DNA of 32,000 nucleotides from Nitrosopumilus ureiphilus (GTDB lineage: Archaea > Thermoproteota > Nitrososphaeria > Nitrososphaerales > Nitrosopumilaceae). The stretch covers positions 1,009,483-1,041,482 of the forward strand of contig NZ_CP026995.1 in the NCBI RefSeq assembly GCF_013407185.1. Direction: 5' to 3'. The translations under genes were made by a program, and so were the position numbers. Shown here piece by piece: positions 31,158 to 32,000 of the stretch (position 1 is the first letter of the stretch; each line of letters starts with the position of its first letter). The notes under the pieces were generated by a model, which worked only from the letters and a program-made list of their open reading frames with translations, did no database searches and was not told the DNA's origin.

Positions 31158-31599
31158 TTTTTTGGGTATATTTTGCACAAAAAATAGGGGGTTTAGCTTT
31201 TACGCACAACAATAAAACTTGAGGCATGATTAGATGGCAGAGCTTGGTGGATTAATGGTTGCATTTCATATTCAGGCACAAGTGTTACACCCCCCCTCAA
31301 AACGACTGTTTTTGAAAAAATCATCTTGTGACTAAATACACCATTTTTCAGGGGGGGTTTAACGCCTAGGCATAATTTCAATTAGTTAGTCATTTTACAA
31401 AATTTTGAAGCATTGGAGTGATCATATCTATAATTTGAAAAATAGCATGATGAGAATTATTCCAAACTTTTCAAATATGTTGTAGAATGATTCTACTATT
31501 GGTGATTTACTAATTTGTAAAATGAATCCTTTTACATATTGTCTGAAATGATTCTTATTTTATCACCCATACGTGCTTTTTTGAACACACCTTTATTCT

Positions 31600-31624
31600 A
31601 AAAAAAAGGGGGGGGATTTACCCC
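31600..31624 (-). terminator. Short G/C hairpin followed by a T8 run (read on the minus strand)
   Basis: Minus strand reads GGGG-TAAAT-CCCC-CCCC-TTTTTTTT, 25 nt downstream of the stop of the 31650-31835 gene. Oligo-T tracts are the established archaeal termination signal. Confidence 0.45.
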
Positions 31625-31649
31625 GACATTGAAACAAAAAACCCGAAAA

Positions 31650-31835
31650 TTATTCTCTTTCTACTCTGATAGTAATTTTTCCTTTTTTGGCAGTATTGAC
31701 AACTTTGAGTGCTCTACTCATTACTCCCATACCAAATCTTGACAGCTCAGCTGTAGATAGAGTTAATTCTCTTGGTTTTGATTTTGAAGTTTTGCTTTTC
31801 ATATTTTGAAATATTGCTTTTTTGATATAAGGCAC
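31650..31835 (-). CDS. Small basic hypothetical protein
   Basis: 61-aa ORF (an alternative ATG gives MKSKTSKSKPRELTL...). It follows the upstream partial ORF after a 26-nt gap on the same strand. Confidence 0.5.
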   Translation of the reverse strand: MPYIKKAIFQNMKSKTSKSKPRELTLSTAELSRFGMGVMSRALKVVNTAKKGKITIRVERE

Positions 31836-31861
31836 GCGTAGAACTGATAAATCGTCTATTT

Positions 31862-32000
31862 TTAGAATGTCTTTAACAAAAATCTCGATGTTTTTTCATG
31901 TTTTTCAGATACACTCTCTATTGCATCAAAAACTGTTTGTTGGTTGATATTTTCTTTGTCATCTAGAACAACATATACTCCAATCTTCTGTTTTCCATCC
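31862..32000 (-). CDS. 3' end of an unidentified gene (5' part outside window)
   Basis: Hand translation of the minus strand from 31999: DGKQKIGVYVVLDDKENINQQTVFDAIESVSEKHEKTSRFLLKTF*. The frame is open to the window edge. It is too short for the ORF track. Confidence 0.45.
   Translation of the reverse strand, partial: DGKQKIGVYVVLDDKENINQQTVFDAIESVSEKHEKTSRFLLKTF

Noticed and set aside
31193-31381. 62-aa minus-strand ORF in the G/C-homopolymer region.
   Set aside because: It needs a TTG start. Its Pro-Pro and Gly-Gly come from the homopolymer tracts, and its composition is not protein-like. The region is treated as non-coding.
31447-31545. ATGATGA at 31447-31453 looked like a C box of a C/D-box sRNA.
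   Set aside because: No CTGA D' box lies at the expected roughly 12-nt distance, there is no convincing C' box, and the nearest CTGA (31542) is about 95 nt away. There is no terminal stem.

Overview
AT-rich window that looks archaeal: TATA-like boxes about 30 nt upstream of start codons, ATGA stop/start overlaps, split purQ/purL, and a Ser/His (ER/archaeal-type) signal peptidase. It best fits a Nitrosopumilus-like thaumarchaeon, but that assignment is inference only. The backbone is de novo purine biosynthesis: purQ (partial) and purL at 1-2531, purF at 25043-26476, purC at 27516-28340. Between purL and purF lie about 22 kb of accessory-looking DNA, dominated by genes for secreted or membrane-anchored proteins of unknown function. 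Several of these genes share protein modules, a recurrent ATGAAAACTA (MKT) start cassette and a recurrent upstream box, GTTCAAACCTGTATGGA. The same stretch contains a divergent ribbon-helix-helix pair with a perfect palindromic operator. It also holds a G+C-richer patch encoding a signal-peptide-less avidin/streptavidin homologue, a small wHTH protein, a secreted RTX-type calcium-binding-repeat protein and a signal peptidase. Further on are an SPFH protein; an MBOAT acyltransferase coupled to an SGNH-like/pentapeptide-repeat fusion; a wHTH plus nucleotidyltransferase-fold pair with palindromic operators; and at least two decayed genes. After purC come an ArsR-like regulator, a PNPOx-like protein, a histone-H1/AlgP-like basic repeat protein containing a perfect 69-bp tandem duplication, and a 450-bp non-coding stretch with unusual G/C homopolymer motifs. 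I found no rRNA, tRNA, CRISPR array, transposase or integrase. All family assignments come from reading the translations by eye; no searches were run.
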